Source of the DNA: Alphaproteobacteria bacterium
GTDB taxonomy: Bacteria; Pseudomonadota; Alphaproteobacteria; UBA2966
DNA length: 64,000 nt
Direction: 5' to 3'
NCBI GenBank assembly: GCA_964291395.2
Contig: OZ219858.1
Location: forward strand, 96,001 to 160,000
The first letter of the stretch is position 1. Every line of letters begins with the position of its first letter. A program made the position numbers and the translations under genes. Positions 29,783-44,035 of the stretch are shown here, piece after piece. The notes under the pieces were generated by a model, which made no database searches, was not told the origin of the DNA, and was given only the letters and a program-made list of their open reading frames with translations.

Positions 29783-32104
29783 ATGTCAGATACGTTCGAT
29801 CTTTCCGCCTTCGACGAGCCTCCCGCCCGGCAGCCGGACGCAGCGCGACACGTCGAGGCCAACGGAGCGGAGCCGCCCTACCTGGCGGCCCTCAATGACG
29901 CCCAGCGCGAAGCCGTCGAGGCGACGGAGGGTCCGGTTCTGGTCCTTGCCGGAGCCGGTACCGGAAAGACGCGTGCCCTGACAACCCGGCTCGCCCACAT
30001 TCTCTGTCTCGGACTCGCACGCCCCGGGGAAATCCTCGCCGTCACGTTCACCAACAAGGCCTCGCGCGAGATGAAGGGCCGGGTAGAGGCTCTGCTTCAG
30101 CGACCGGTCGAGAGCCTGTGGCTCGGCACATTCCACGCGATGGGTGCCAGGATCCTGCGCAGCCATGCGGAACTCGCGGGCCTTAAAGCGAACTTCACCA
30201 TTCTCGACACCGATGACCAGATCCGCCTCGTGAAGCAGGTCATCGAGGCCGCCAATATCGACGAAAAGAGGTGGCCGGCCCGGACTCTCGCGGCAATCAT
30301 CGGCCGTTGGAAGGATCGGGGGATCGGGCCGCAGAAGGCCGGGGCCGACGATACCGGCGACTTCGCCTTCGGCAAGGGCGCGAGCCTGTACGCCGCCTAC
30401 CAGGAGCGGCTGAAATCACTGAACGCCGTCGACTTCGGTGACCTGCTGTTGCACTGCCTGACGATCTTCGGAAACCACGCCGACATTCTGGCGGAATATC
30501 AGCGGCGGTTCCGGTACATCCTGGTGGACGAATATCAGGACGCCAACGTGGCCCAGTACCTGTGGCTTCGGCTCCTGGCGCGCACGCACCGCAACATCTG
30601 CTGCGTCGGCGATGACGACCAGTCGATCTACGGCTGGCGGGGTGCCGAAGTCGGCAACATATTGCGTTTCGAAAAGGATTTCGAAGGGGCCCGTGTCGTG
30701 CGTCTGGAGCAGAACTACCGTTCCACATCGCACATTCTCGCGGCGGCTGCGGGTCTGATCGCGAACAACGCTGGACGACTCGGAAAGACGCTGTGGACGG
30801 AATCGTCCGAGGGCGAGCGCATCAAGATTCGCGGCGTGTGGGACGGCGGGGACGAGGCGCGTTTCGTCGGCGAGGAAGTCGAGGCGTTGCATTCTCGGGG
30901 ACACAGCCTGAACGAGATGGCCATCCTGGTACGGGCTGTCTTTCAAATGCGCGAGTTCGAAGAACGATTCCTCACCCTCGGCCTGCCTTACCGCGTCATC
31001 GGCGGCCTGCGCTTCTATGAACGGCGCGAGATCCGCGATGCCGTGGCGTACTTCCGGACCATCGCCCAGCCGGATGACGACTTGGCCTTCGAGAGGATTG
31101 CCAACGTTCCCCGGCGCGGCATCGGATCGACAACGATGCAGGCCATGCACCAGCTCGCCCGCGCCCGCAATCTCAGCCTAACGCGGGCGGCCGCGGAACT
31201 CGTTGCGACGGACGAGCTTCGGCCGCAGGCCCGGCGCGCGTTATCGGACCTTCTGACGCGCCTCGATCACTGGCGGGTGGAGAAGACCCGGCTGCCCCAC
31301 GCCGAGCTTGCTGAACTCATTCTGGACGATTCTGGCTACACCGCGATGTGGCAGAGCGACAAGTCGCCCGACGCTCCCGGGAAGCTGGAGAACTTGAAGG
31401 AACTGGTCGCGGCGATGGACGAGTTCGAGAATCTCGAAGGATTCCTCGAACACGTCAGCTTGGTCATGGATAACGAGGACTCCGGCGCGGGAGACAAGGT
31501 CAACCTCATGACCCTGCACGGTGCCAAGGGTCTCGAATTCGACACCGTGTTCCTGCCGGGATGGGAAGAAGGCGTCTTTCCCAACCAACGCTCCCTGGAC
31601 GAAGGCGGCTCAACCGCCCTGGAGGAAGAACGCCGCCTCGGACATGTCGGTCTGACGCGCGCCCGTCAACGGGTCCACGTCAGCTTTGCCGCCAATAGGC
31701 GCATTTACAATCAATGGCAGAGCAGCATTCCCTCCCGCTTCATCGACGAATTGCCCAAGGACTCCATCGAATACGTCAGCGAACCAGGCCTTTATGAAGG
31801 CCAACGGACGACGGCTCTCAAGGAAGAGCACGTCAGCCCTTTCGGCGTTTCGGAGAGACCCTCGATGGGACGCCGCCGAAGCCGGTACGATCGCACGGTC
31901 GCGTCGGGCGGACTGATCCTCGAGGGGCGATCCGAAGTCGTCACCGCCAGAGAGTCGGCGGGAGATTTTCACGTGGGTGACCGGGTCTTTCATCAGAAAT
32001 TCGGCTACGGCCGTGTGCTGTCCGTGGACGGAGAGCGCCTTCAAATCGATTTCGACAAAGCGGGAACCAAGAAGGTCGTCGACAGCTTTGTAGAGGCGAT
32101 CTAA
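29783..32104 (+). CDS. uvrD: ATP-dependent DNA helicase UvrD/PcrA
   Basis: AGAGTGKT, TFTNKA, DEYQD, VGDDDQSIYGWRGA, LEQNYRST, TLHGAKGLEF, EEERRL, C-terminal Tudor-like RVFHQKFGYG; start moved to ATG 29783. Confidence 0.96.
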   Translation: MSDTFDLSAFDEPPARQPDAARHVEANGAEPPYLAALNDAQREAVEATEGPVLVLAGAGTGKTRALTTRLAHILCLGLARPGEILAVTFTNKASREMKGRVEALLQRPVESLWLGTFHAMGARILRSHAELAGLKANFTILDTDDQIRLVKQVIEAANIDEKRWPARTLAAIIGRWKDRGIGPQKAGADDTGDFAFGKGASLYAAYQERLKSLNAVDFGDLLLHCLTIFGNHADILAEYQRRFRYILVDEYQDANVAQYLWLRLLARTHRNICCVGDDDQSIYGWRGAEVGNILRFEKDFEGARVVRLEQNYRSTSHILAAAAGLIANNAGRLGKTLWTESSEGERIKIRGVWDGGDEARFVGEEVEALHSRGHSLNEMAILVRAVFQMREFEERFLTLGLPYRVIGGLRFYERREIRDAVAYFRTIAQPDDDLAFERIANVPRRGIGSTTMQAMHQLARARNLSLTRAAAELVATDELRPQARRALSDLLTRLDHWRVEKTRLPHAELAELILDDSGYTAMWQSDKSPDAPGKLENLKELVAAMDEFENLEGFLEHVSLVMDNEDSGAGDKVNLMTLHGAKGLEFDTVFLPGWEEGVFPNQRSLDEGGSTALEEERRLGHVGLTRARQRVHVSFAANRRIYNQWQSSIPSRFIDELPKDSIEYVSEPGLYEGQRTTALKEEHVSPFGVSERPSMGRRRSRYDRTVASGGLILEGRSEVVTARESAGDFHVGDRVFHQKFGYGRVLSVDGERLQIDFDKAGTKKVVDSFVEAI

Positions 32105-32157
32105 CGCCTCTGGAAAGGCGGGCCGGGCCCGATCTGGCGTTTCTACGCGGATACCGA

Positions 32158-33171
32158 ATGGCAAGTGGCGCAGACCTGTGGAACGTCTCGGCGACGGTTG
32201 CAAAAGGCGGCGTTGCCCCCGTCGAGGAGTCCCTGACCCGCGCGTTGAGCGGCGAGCCGAACATTCTCGAAGGGTCGGGCGACCGGATCTTGGCCGTCAC
32301 GGTGAACGCGCTCGGCGATAGCACGATGAACGAATCGCACCAATCGTGGCGCGTGGAAATCCTCTGCGTCATGGAACCCGACGTCGCCGCGCTTACCCGC
32401 TCTATCCGTGAACTCGGCGCAGCGGGCATCCGGATAAAACCCCGCGTGCAGCGCGTCCCCGACCAGGATTGGCTGATCTCGTCCCGGTCCTCGGGCAAGC
32501 CGGTCAACGCAGGCCGATTCTTCGTTTGTGCCAGCCACTACGACGGCCCCAAGCCCGGTAGCGCCATCGAATTGATCGTGAATGCCGGACCCGCCTTCGG
32601 CACGGGAACGCACGAAAGCACGTATGGCTGCCTGATCGCTGTCGATGACTTGGCGAAACGCGACCGCATCAGACATCCGCTGGATTTGGGAGCCGGCACG
32701 GGCATCCTTTCCATAGCCATATGCCGGGCCTGGAACTGCCGGGTTATGGGGGTGGATATCGATCCGCGTGCCGTTGAGTTCGCGCAATCCACCGCCCGCC
32801 TCAACCACGTGCACCGCCAGGTCGAGTTCGTGGTGGGGGACGGATGCCGCCACCGGAAAGTGTTCGAGGGCAAACCCTACGACCTCATCGTCGCCAACAT
32901 CCTCGCCGCGCCGCTGATCTGGATGGCCAAGGACATCGGACGGCACGTCTCTCCCGGCGGCCGAGTGGTTCTATCTGGAATACTGACGCACCAGGAACGC
33001 CGTGTCTTTGCCGCTTATCGACAGATCCGCATGTACCTGGAGAGGCGGATCAGGGTTGGCGGCTGGACCACCCTGATGCTCCGCCGTCCCCATCGTGAGG
33101 CGCGACACACGCGCGTACACGGACCCCGGCGCATTTCGCCGCCGGGATTGTCGGAGGTCGGGCTATTCTAG
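32158..33171 (+). CDS. prmA: Ribosomal protein L11 methyltransferase
   Basis: AFGTGTHEST, LDLGAGTGILSIA, DIDP.AV, YDLIVANILA, LSGIL. Confidence 0.9.
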   Translation: MASGADLWNVSATVAKGGVAPVEESLTRALSGEPNILEGSGDRILAVTVNALGDSTMNESHQSWRVEILCVMEPDVAALTRSIRELGAAGIRIKPRVQRVPDQDWLISSRSSGKPVNAGRFFVCASHYDGPKPGSAIELIVNAGPAFGTGTHESTYGCLIAVDDLAKRDRIRHPLDLGAGTGILSIAICRAWNCRVMGVDIDPRAVEFAQSTARLNHVHRQVEFVVGDGCRHRKVFEGKPYDLIVANILAAPLIWMAKDIGRHVSPGGRVVLSGILTHQERRVFAAYRQIRMYLERRIRVGGWTTLMLRRPHREARHTRVHGPRRISPPGLSEVGLF

Positions 33172-33242
33172 GGAATTGGTGGAGCGGCGCCGTTCAGGAG
33201 TACGGCGCGGTTCCTCCTCATATCAAGCGAGTATCCTGCCGC

Positions 33243-33413
33243 TCATTTTCGGCCGGTCAGAACGTCGGCCGGAAACAGCGGCTCGAGAGCGCAGGTGACA
33301 ATCTCGCGGAGCCCTTTGCGGATCACACGGGACAAGGTGGCGGGCTTTCGCTCGCCGTCACCTTCAATTCCAGGCAAGAACGATCCTTCGGCAAAATCGG
33401 GCAACGTCGTCAT
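33243..33413 (-). CDS. Unannotated 56-aa small ORF (MTTLPDFAEGSFLPG..LEPLFPADVLTGRK)
   Basis: AAGGAAAGGT SD-like sequence 10 nt before ATG; fills the gap after prmA; below the ORF-track size cut-off; no family recognised. Confidence 0.5.
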   Translation of the reverse strand: MTTLPDFAEGSFLPGIEGDGERKPATLSRVIRKGLREIVTCALEPLFPADVLTGRK

Positions 33414-33438
33414 GACGAATACTACCTTTCCTTAAAGT

Positions 33439-33464
33439 TCAGCCGGTCCGCGGGGACCGGCTGA
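33439..33464. other. Perfect 11-bp stem-loop
   Basis: TCAGCCGGTCC-gcgg-GGACCGGCTGA just upstream of the small ORF's SD. Confidence 0.7.
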
Positions 33465-33595
33465 CGCGTCGTGATATACACGCCGAGATACTATGCACTG
33501 GAGAGATTCCTACATGCGCTGATTTCGTGACTCAGCGTTGCAAGAACTGCATGCCGTCCGTCAACGGTTCCTCGGCAGCAAGCTCGCAGACCACC

Positions 33596-33841
33596 TCAAG
33601 CGGCATCCTTGGTCGAGTTGTTCATGTTCGCGGGTGTCTTGCGGAAGTCTCCGTTCGTAGCCGACCAGATGTCCGTCCGGGTCAGACCGATATCCTGGAG
33701 AAGCCGGTCGTCCAGCGCCATCAGGCACATATAAGTCTCACGCCTCACCCTCCATCTGGAGAATAATCGGCCCCCCCAGAGAATCACGGTGGCGACCCAT
33801 TCCGGAACCAGCTTGAGTGCGTTGAGTGCATACGTAGTCAC
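33596..33841 (-). CDS. DUF1127 small protein (81 aa)
   Basis: RWRVRRET...L.ALDDRLLQDIGLTRTDI signature; SD GGGAG 7 nt before GTG 33841. Confidence 0.85.
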   Translation of the reverse strand: MTTYALNALKLVPEWVATVILWGGRLFSRWRVRRETYMCLMALDDRLLQDIGLTRTDIWSATNGDFRKTPANMNNSTKDAA

Positions 33842-34123
33842 AAGGAAACTCCCGACATCGAATTTCGGACACGGGGCCGGCCAACAACTCGCCGCCGTCG
33901 CTTCATCCGTTGACGCCAACGTGGTTGCGGCCACACCGGTTTTCAAGAAGAACTCGCCGGAGTACCCACCTGCTCCACGCGACCCAGGAATGCACCCATT
34001 GCATGGCATGGAGAGTCGGCTCCAGCGGATCGGATTACTCCGCCTGTCGCGCATGAATTTGCCGGGTCGGCAACCAAACTTACATAATGGAAAACCCGTT
34101 ATGTCCGGAGCTGAAGAGATCTC

Positions 34124-35935
34124 ATGAATTCGTCGGCCGAAGCAGGGCAAAGCACCGCGGCGGCGCGCCTGAAGGCCGTGCGTGCCGAACTGAACCGCCG
34201 ACAACTCGATGGATTCCTGGTCCCCCGGTCGGACGAGCACAACGGGGAGTACATGGCGCCCTATGCGGAACGTTTGTCATGGCTCACCGGATTCGATGGC
34301 TCCGCAGGCATCGCCATCGTGCTCCAAAAGGCAGCGGCCATCTTCGTCGACGGGCGATACACGCTACAGGCTGCCGACCAGGTCGACACGTCATACTATG
34401 AGATCAGGCACGTCACTGAAGAACCTGCGAGTGATTGGCTCCGAGACAACCTGTCGGAAGGCATGCGTCTCGGTTTCGACCCACGACTCCATACGGACGG
34501 GTCACTCGATCGCATCAAGAAGGTGTGCCGGAACGCGAAGACTACCCTGAAAATCGCCGATCCCAACCCGATCGATTCGGTGTGGGGGGACCAGCCGGAA
34601 CCGCCCTCCGGCTTGCTCGCGGTTCATGGCATCGCGTTTGCGGGCGAGGAGAGCGCGGATAAGCGCGCCCGTCTCGCCGCCGGTCTCGGCTCGGAAGGTC
34701 TGTCGGCAGCGATACTGACGGCACCGGACTCGATCGCCTGGCTCCTCAACGTACGTGGTTCGGACGTGCCCAACACGCCCATCTCGTTGAGCTACGCGAT
34801 TCTGCGCGCCGATGCCGGCGTCGACCTGTTCATCGATCCCCGAAAGATCGACGACACCGTGCGTGCGCACCTCGGCAGCAGGGTGACCGCGCGGACCGTC
34901 GATGAACTCCCGGAGGCACTTCGAGATTTCAGCGGCAAAAAGGTCCTGGCCGACCCCGACAGTGCGTCCGCCTGGGTATTTCAGCTTCTGGAGAACGCCG
35001 GTGCCGATGTCGTTCGAGCCTTGGATCCCTGCCAGCTTCCCAAAGCCTGCAAGAATGCCGTGGAACTGGACGGCGCTCGCGCCGCCCATCGACGGGACGG
35101 TGCCTCGCTCACGCGTTTCCTGCGCTGGTTCGCTCGGCACGCGCCGGATGGCGGGATCGACGAATTGACGGCCGCCTCAAAGCTTCGTTCGTTGAGAGAG
35201 AGCAACGAGCATTTCAAGGGACTGTCGTTCGACACGATTTCGGGTGCCGGACCGAACGGGGCCGTGGTGCATTACCGGGTAACCGAGAAAACCAACCGCG
35301 AGATCGGGTCAGGAAGCCTCTATCTCGTGGACTCCGGCGCCCAATATCTCGATGGGACAACCGATGTCACCCGCACCGTCGCCGTCGGACGGCCCACCGA
35401 TGAAATGCGCGATCGTTTCACGCGCGTGCTCAGAGGTCATATCGCAGTGGCAAGTTTGCGCTTTCCGGAGGGCACCACCGGCTCGCAGATCGACATCCTG
35501 GCCCGCCGACCGTTGTGGCAGGCGGGCCTCGACTACGATCACGGGACCGGTCACGGTGTCGGCAGCTATCTGGGCGTTCACGAAGGCCCGCAGCGGATCT
35601 CGAAGATTGCGGATACGGTCGCGCTGAAACCCGGCATGATCGTCTCGAACGAACCCGGCTACTACAAATCGGGCGAATACGGTATCCGCGTGGAGAATCT
35701 GGTCGCCGTGATCGAATGCGGGCGCCCCACGGGCGGCGAGAAGGCGATGCTGGGTTTCGAGACCCTGACGCGGGCACCCATCGATAGAAATCTCGTGGAC
35801 ACCTCGCTACTGGATGCGGCTGAGCTGGACTGGCTCAATTCTTACCATCGGTCGGTAATCGAGGACCTCGACGATCTGATCGACTCCGAGACCGCCGATT
35901 GGCTTCGAGAAGCGGCAGCGCCCATCGGACATTGA
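34124..35935 (+). CDS. pepP: Xaa-Pro aminopeptidase (M24B)
   Basis: LTGFDGSAG, FVDGRY, DSGAQY.DGTTDVTRT, HGTGHGVG..VHEGP, SNEPGYY, GIRVEN. Confidence 0.93.
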   Translation: MNSSAEAGQSTAAARLKAVRAELNRRQLDGFLVPRSDEHNGEYMAPYAERLSWLTGFDGSAGIAIVLQKAAAIFVDGRYTLQAADQVDTSYYEIRHVTEEPASDWLRDNLSEGMRLGFDPRLHTDGSLDRIKKVCRNAKTTLKIADPNPIDSVWGDQPEPPSGLLAVHGIAFAGEESADKRARLAAGLGSEGLSAAILTAPDSIAWLLNVRGSDVPNTPISLSYAILRADAGVDLFIDPRKIDDTVRAHLGSRVTARTVDELPEALRDFSGKKVLADPDSASAWVFQLLENAGADVVRALDPCQLPKACKNAVELDGARAAHRRDGASLTRFLRWFARHAPDGGIDELTAASKLRSLRESNEHFKGLSFDTISGAGPNGAVVHYRVTEKTNREIGSGSLYLVDSGAQYLDGTTDVTRTVAVGRPTDEMRDRFTRVLRGHIAVASLRFPEGTTGSQIDILARRPLWQAGLDYDHGTGHGVGSYLGVHEGPQRISKIADTVALKPGMIVSNEPGYYKSGEYGIRVENLVAVIECGRPTGGEKAMLGFETLTRAPIDRNLVDTSLLDAAELDWLNSYHRSVIEDLDDLIDSETADWLREAAAPIGH

Positions 35936-36126
35936 GCCGGCAGTCGTCCTTCATGGCGGAGAGTCAGTTGTCAGACCCCACCTTTGTCGTTCGTCCGGGT
36001 CCGACAACCTGTCCCCGAAAAAAAATCGGCCGCCCGACGTAGATGGGGCTACGCGAATAGATGAACCGTTCGCCCGAGACGGGGGCCTCGGCAGCCCCGT
36101 CCGGCCGTATCGTCACGCGCGGTCGC

Positions 36127-39914
<3,788 letters not shown>

Positions 39915-39925
39915 CGCGCGGCGCG

Positions 39926-40759
39926 CTAGAACAACGATCTCCACACGCGGCTGATCCAGGACCCTTCGATTTCCCGCGGCTGCAAATCGCGTCCGGTCAG
40001 CAACGCGTATGAATCCTGGTACCAGACACTTCCGGGGTAATTGTGTCCGAGAACGGCTACCGCGGTCCGGGCTTCGTCCGTCACACCAAGCGCCAAGTAC
40101 GCCTCGGCGAGACGGTGCAGCGCCTCTGGCGTATGCGTGGTCGTCTGATATTCCTCGATGACGATACGGAACCTGTTGATGGCGGAGATGTAATTCCCTT
40201 CGGCAAGATAGAATCGACCGATCTCCATCTCCTTGCCCGCCAGATGATCCCGCGCAAGCACGATCTTCAATCGAGCATCACGCGCGTATTCGCTGTCGGG
40301 ATATCTGCGAACCAGTTCGTTCAGTGCCGCGAGCGCCTGCTCGGTCACGCGTTGATCCCGCCCGACGTCGGTTATCTGTTCGTAATAGCTGACCGCGATG
40401 AGATAGAAGGCGTAGGGTGCGTCCACGTTGTTGGGATGCAATTGTATGAAGCGGTCAGCGGAGATTATGGCCTGGTCGTATCGATTGGTTTGGTAGTTGG
40501 AGAAAGCAGCCATGAGTTGGGCCTTGGTCGCCCAAACAGAGTACGGATGCTGACGCTCCACTTCGTCAAACTCCTGGGCCGCCCGGATGTAACTACCTTC
40601 CAGAAACGAATCCATGGCGCTGTTATAGAGCTCCTCGACCGGGCGCTCGGTGTACTCGGATCCGGCATCGGAAGAACAGCCGGGCAGCGACAGCACCAGA
40701 ACGATCGCCAGCACCGACAAGGCACATATGTTGATCATGCATGGCCGCTGCAGCTTCAT
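39926..40759 (-). CDS. bamD: Outer membrane assembly lipoprotein BamD
   Basis: Lipobox LPGC, TPR repeats, HPYSVWA, RDQ, LAGKEMEIGRFY; start at 40759 or 40738. Confidence 0.93.
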   Translation of the reverse strand: MKLQRPCMINICALSVLAIVLVLSLPGCSSDAGSEYTERPVEELYNSAMDSFLEGSYIRAAQEFDEVERQHPYSVWATKAQLMAAFSNYQTNRYDQAIISADRFIQLHPNNVDAPYAFYLIAVSYYEQITDVGRDQRVTEQALAALNELVRRYPDSEYARDARLKIVLARDHLAGKEMEIGRFYLAEGNYISAINRFRIVIEEYQTTTHTPEALHRLAEAYLALGVTDEARTAVAVLGHNYPGSVWYQDSYALLTGRDLQPREIEGSWISRVWRSLF

Positions 40760-40953
40760 CGACACGCGTACATCACTACAGGCGACAGTCATTCCGCATC
40801 GGGCAAAGGGCTTGGTTGAACACTCGAATGTTTTGCGGCTCCCCGAGCCGGCACCGGCCGGGGCCGAGAAGTATAACAATGAGGTCAAATGGCGCGAAGC
40901 GCCTACTTGCGCATACAGGCGCTTCGCCGACGTTCAAGCCGGGAACGAAGGGG

Positions 40954-41916
40954 TTACGCGATAGCGGCCACCGGAGCGAGGTCGACCTCCGTCCAGCCCG
41001 GCGCCGAAATGCCGTCGTCGCCACGGGACGCCTCTATCATCTCCCACGCTTCCCCGTCAGCGAACAAGGTTCGCAGCAGGGCATTGTTCAATCCGTGACC
41101 GGCACGAACGCCCTGGTAGGAGCCGACAATTGGAGCGCCTGCCAAATAGAGATCCCCCACCGCGTCGAGGGCCTTGTGGCGAACGAACTCGTCCTCGTAC
41201 CTCAGCCCGCCCTTGTTGATGACCCCTTTTTCGCCTACCACGACGGCATTCCTCAGAGAGCCGCCCCGGGCCAGGCCACGGTTTCGCATCTCTTCGATGT
41301 CCGTCTGGAAACCGAATGTCCGGGCGCGGCAGAGTTCATCCTTGAACGTCAAGCCGTTGATTTCAAACCGATGCGTCTGTCGGGCGACATGGGGATTGTC
41401 GAAATCGATCTCGAGACTCACCGACCACCCCTCGCCCGGGGCCAGCCGCACATGGCGCTCGCCGTCCTCGACCGAGACTTCCTTGACAATCCGAACGGAC
41501 CGCCTGGCGGCGTTCTGGGCAACAAGGCCGGCGCACTCGATCAAGAAAACGAAAGGAGCGGCGCTCCCATCCATGATCGGCACTTCCGGACCGTCAAGTT
41601 CGACGACGACGTTGTCAACTTCACAACCCGCGAGGGCCGCCATGAGATGTTCGACGGTCGCTACCCGCGTCCCCTGGTCATTCGAAATGTTGCTACACAG
41701 CGTGGTGTCGCAGACACGGTCCCACAACGCGGGGATTCGACCCGCATCCCTCGGGACGTCGGTGCGCTGAAACACGATCCCGGTCCCTGGCAACGCCGGA
41801 CACAAGGTCATGGCCACCCGCTTGCCGGAATGAAGCCCGACCCCAGTGCAGCTGATTCGGTGCTTCAGCGTGTGTTGACACGTTTCGCCAGCGACTGCCG
41901 GTCCCATGGAATCCAA
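40954..41916 (-). CDS. lpxC: UDP-3-O-acyl-N-acetylglucosamine deacetylase
   Basis: GVGLHSG, TVEHLMAAL, EVPIMDGSA, ARTFGF, HKALDAVGDL; start uncertain. Confidence 0.96.
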   Translation of the reverse strand: MDSMGPAVAGETCQHTLKHRISCTGVGLHSGKRVAMTLCPALPGTGIVFQRTDVPRDAGRIPALWDRVCDTTLCSNISNDQGTRVATVEHLMAALAGCEVDNVVVELDGPEVPIMDGSAAPFVFLIECAGLVAQNAARRSVRIVKEVSVEDGERHVRLAPGEGWSVSLEIDFDNPHVARQTHRFEINGLTFKDELCRARTFGFQTDIEEMRNRGLARGGSLRNAVVVGEKGVINKGGLRYEDEFVRHKALDAVGDLYLAGAPIVGSYQGVRAGHGLNNALLRTLFADGEAWEMIEASRGDDGISAPGWTEVDLAPVAAIA

Positions 41917-42094
41917 GCCGGACCTCGTTTCCCACCAAACTCATTTCGTGCCCCGATGCCGTGACGGCCTGACTTCACCCGCTTGGCAAACGAACGGAGC
42001 GACCAAACGACGACCACGAACTCCTTGGCGAGTTTGTAGCAATTCCCGGAGAATCCCGACAAGTCACTCTTTATTTCGAAGTGTTACACGGGTC

Positions 42095-42126
42095 TCGCCA
42101 CGCCTGCTTCGACGCAGGCGTGGCGA
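42095..42126. other. 13-bp stem-loop downstream of ftsZ
   Basis: TCGCCACGCCTGC-ttcgac-GCAGGCGTGGCGA; no U-tract after it in the ftsZ direction. Confidence 0.6.
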
Positions 42127-42155
42127 AAACCTAGGTCGCAAAATCTGCTGCGGTG

Positions 42156-43916
42156 TCAGTTCGCCTGCCGCCGGAGGAATGTCGGAATGTCGAGCAAATC
42201 CTCGTTGGGTCGAGGCGGCGCGAGCCGGTCGCTCGTCTCCACCCGCGTCGACGCCGGTGTTTCGGCGCTGGGTGCAGGGGAAGGATCCGCCGTTGGGGCT
42301 TCCGGCTGCCGGGTATCCGACGCTCCGGCAGCGGCTGGCGCTTCACCGGCTGCCGGTGGGGCGGCCGTCTCCTTCGGCTTCTGCACCCGGCCCGTTCCGG
42401 TCATTCGGTCGATCAGACCGGGAAATCCCGAACGGACGGAAGACGTACGCCCCCCGTTCGTCATCGCCGACTCGGCGAACGGCTCGGGCTTTTCCGTGCG
42501 CGGCGCAGGGGATTGCGCTTCCATCGGCTTGGGCGGGATGAACTCATCGCCAGACGAAGAGGCCTCGTCTTGTTGCAGCGTGTTGGGTGCTCCCGCGGCA
42601 ACGGCACTGCCGGCATCGGAGGGGGACACGTCTTGATGCACCGGAAGCGCCTCTGCCGAAGCGCCGGTCCGAGTCTCCATGACCACCTCTTCATCTCCCG
42701 CCTTCGCCACGGTATCCGGCAGGTTCATTGATACGGACGGCTCGCTCGCCGCGGCGGGCTCGCCCATTTGAAGCGGCATGGTCTCCCCGGTCGCATTCGT
42801 CCCGGGCACGGGTCCTTCCGGGGCCGCGGTCGGCGACATCTCCGCAGGCTCGGCTTCAGGTTGTGCGGGCTCTGCAACCGGAGTTTCCGTGTGTACGCCA
42901 CCGACAACCTGAAGGCGCGGCATGGGGAGCGGGGGCGGCGCCGCAATCGCCTCCGACTCGATTCCGGTTGCAATGATCGATACGCGAACTCGTCCTTCGA
43001 GTTCGGGATCAAGGCTGGTGCCAAAGATGATGCTGGCATTCGCATCGACCTCTTCGCGAACCCTGTTCGCCGCACCGTCCACTTCCAGCAGCGTCAGGTC
43101 CGGACCGCCCGTGATGTTGATCAACAGCCCTGTCGCGCCCTTCATGGAAACATCCTCGAGCAACGGATTGGAGATTGCCGCCTCGGCGGCTTCGATGGAT
43201 CTGTTGTCGCCTTCGGCCTCGCCGGTGCCCATCATCGCCTTGCCCATCGCTCGCATCACTGCTCTGACGTCGGCAAAATCCAGATTGATGAGTCCCGGCA
43301 TGACCATCAAATCGGTGACTCCGCGGACGCCTTGGGACAGCACCTCGTCCGCCATCCTGAACGCGTCGGCGAAGGTCGTTTCCTCACTGGCAACACGGAA
43401 CAGGTTCTGATTGGGAATGATGATGAGCGTGTCGACATAGTTCTGGAGTTCCCCGATTCCCTCCTCGGCGATTTCCATCCGACGGCTCCCTTCGAAGTGG
43501 AAGGGCTTGGTGACGACGCCGACGGTCAAAATGCCCCGTTCCCGGGTCGACTTGGCGATCACGGGGGCCGCGCCCGTGCCGGTCCCACCGCCCATGCCGG
43601 CGGTGATGAACACCATGTGGCTGTTCTGGATGTGGTCCATGATCTCGTCATTGGCCTCGGCCGCGGCTTCGCGGCCGATCTCCGGCCTCGACCCCGCGCC
43701 GAGACCTTGGGTTGCGGTGACGCCCAACTGAATCCGTCGTTCCGTCAACGCATGGCTCAACGCCTGCGCGTCGGTGTTGGCTACGACAAAGTCGATGCCT
43801 TCGAGTTGAGCACTGATCATGTTGTTCACGGCATTGCCGCCGGCCCCGCCGACTCCGACTACCGTGATGCGCGGTTTCAACTCGGTGATTTCGGGCATGC
43901 TGAGTTTGATGGTCAT
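42156..43916 (-). CDS. ftsZ: Cell division protein FtsZ
   Basis: [26 protein letters not shown], long Pro/Ala/Glu linker, C-terminal [12 protein letters not shown]. Confidence 0.98.
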   Translation of the reverse strand: MTIKLSMPEITELKPRITVVGVGGAGGNAVNNMISAQLEGIDFVVANTDAQALSHALTERRIQLGVTATQGLGAGSRPEIGREAAAEANDEIMDHIQNSHMVFITAGMGGGTGTGAAPVIAKSTRERGILTVGVVTKPFHFEGSRRMEIAEEGIGELQNYVDTLIIIPNQNLFRVASEETTFADAFRMADEVLSQGVRGVTDLMVMPGLINLDFADVRAVMRAMGKAMMGTGEAEGDNRSIEAAEAAISNPLLEDVSMKGATGLLINITGGPDLTLLEVDGAANRVREEVDANASIIFGTSLDPELEGRVRVSIIATGIESEAIAAPPPLPMPRLQVVGGVHTETPVAEPAQPEAEPAEMSPTAAPEGPVPGTNATGETMPLQMGEPAAASEPSVSMNLPDTVAKAGDEEVVMETRTGASAEALPVHQDVSPSDAGSAVAAGAPNTLQQDEASSSGDEFIPPKPMEAQSPAPRTEKPEPFAESAMTNGGRTSSVRSGFPGLIDRMTGTGRVQKPKETAAPPAAGEAPAAAGASDTRQPEAPTADPSPAPSAETPASTRVETSDRLAPPRPNEDLLDIPTFLRRQAN

Positions 43917-44035
43917 TGGTTATCTCCCACTGAGCGATTGCATTCCTCTGATGCGGTTCGTCCTAGATCAATCTTTCCCATCGTTCCTCGCCTGGTTTTT
44001 TTCTTGTCGCAGAGCGCGCCGTCGGCAGCGGCGGG

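Noticed and set aside
42200-42950. Long low-complexity FtsZ linker
   Set aside because: Normal for alphaproteobacterial FtsZ.
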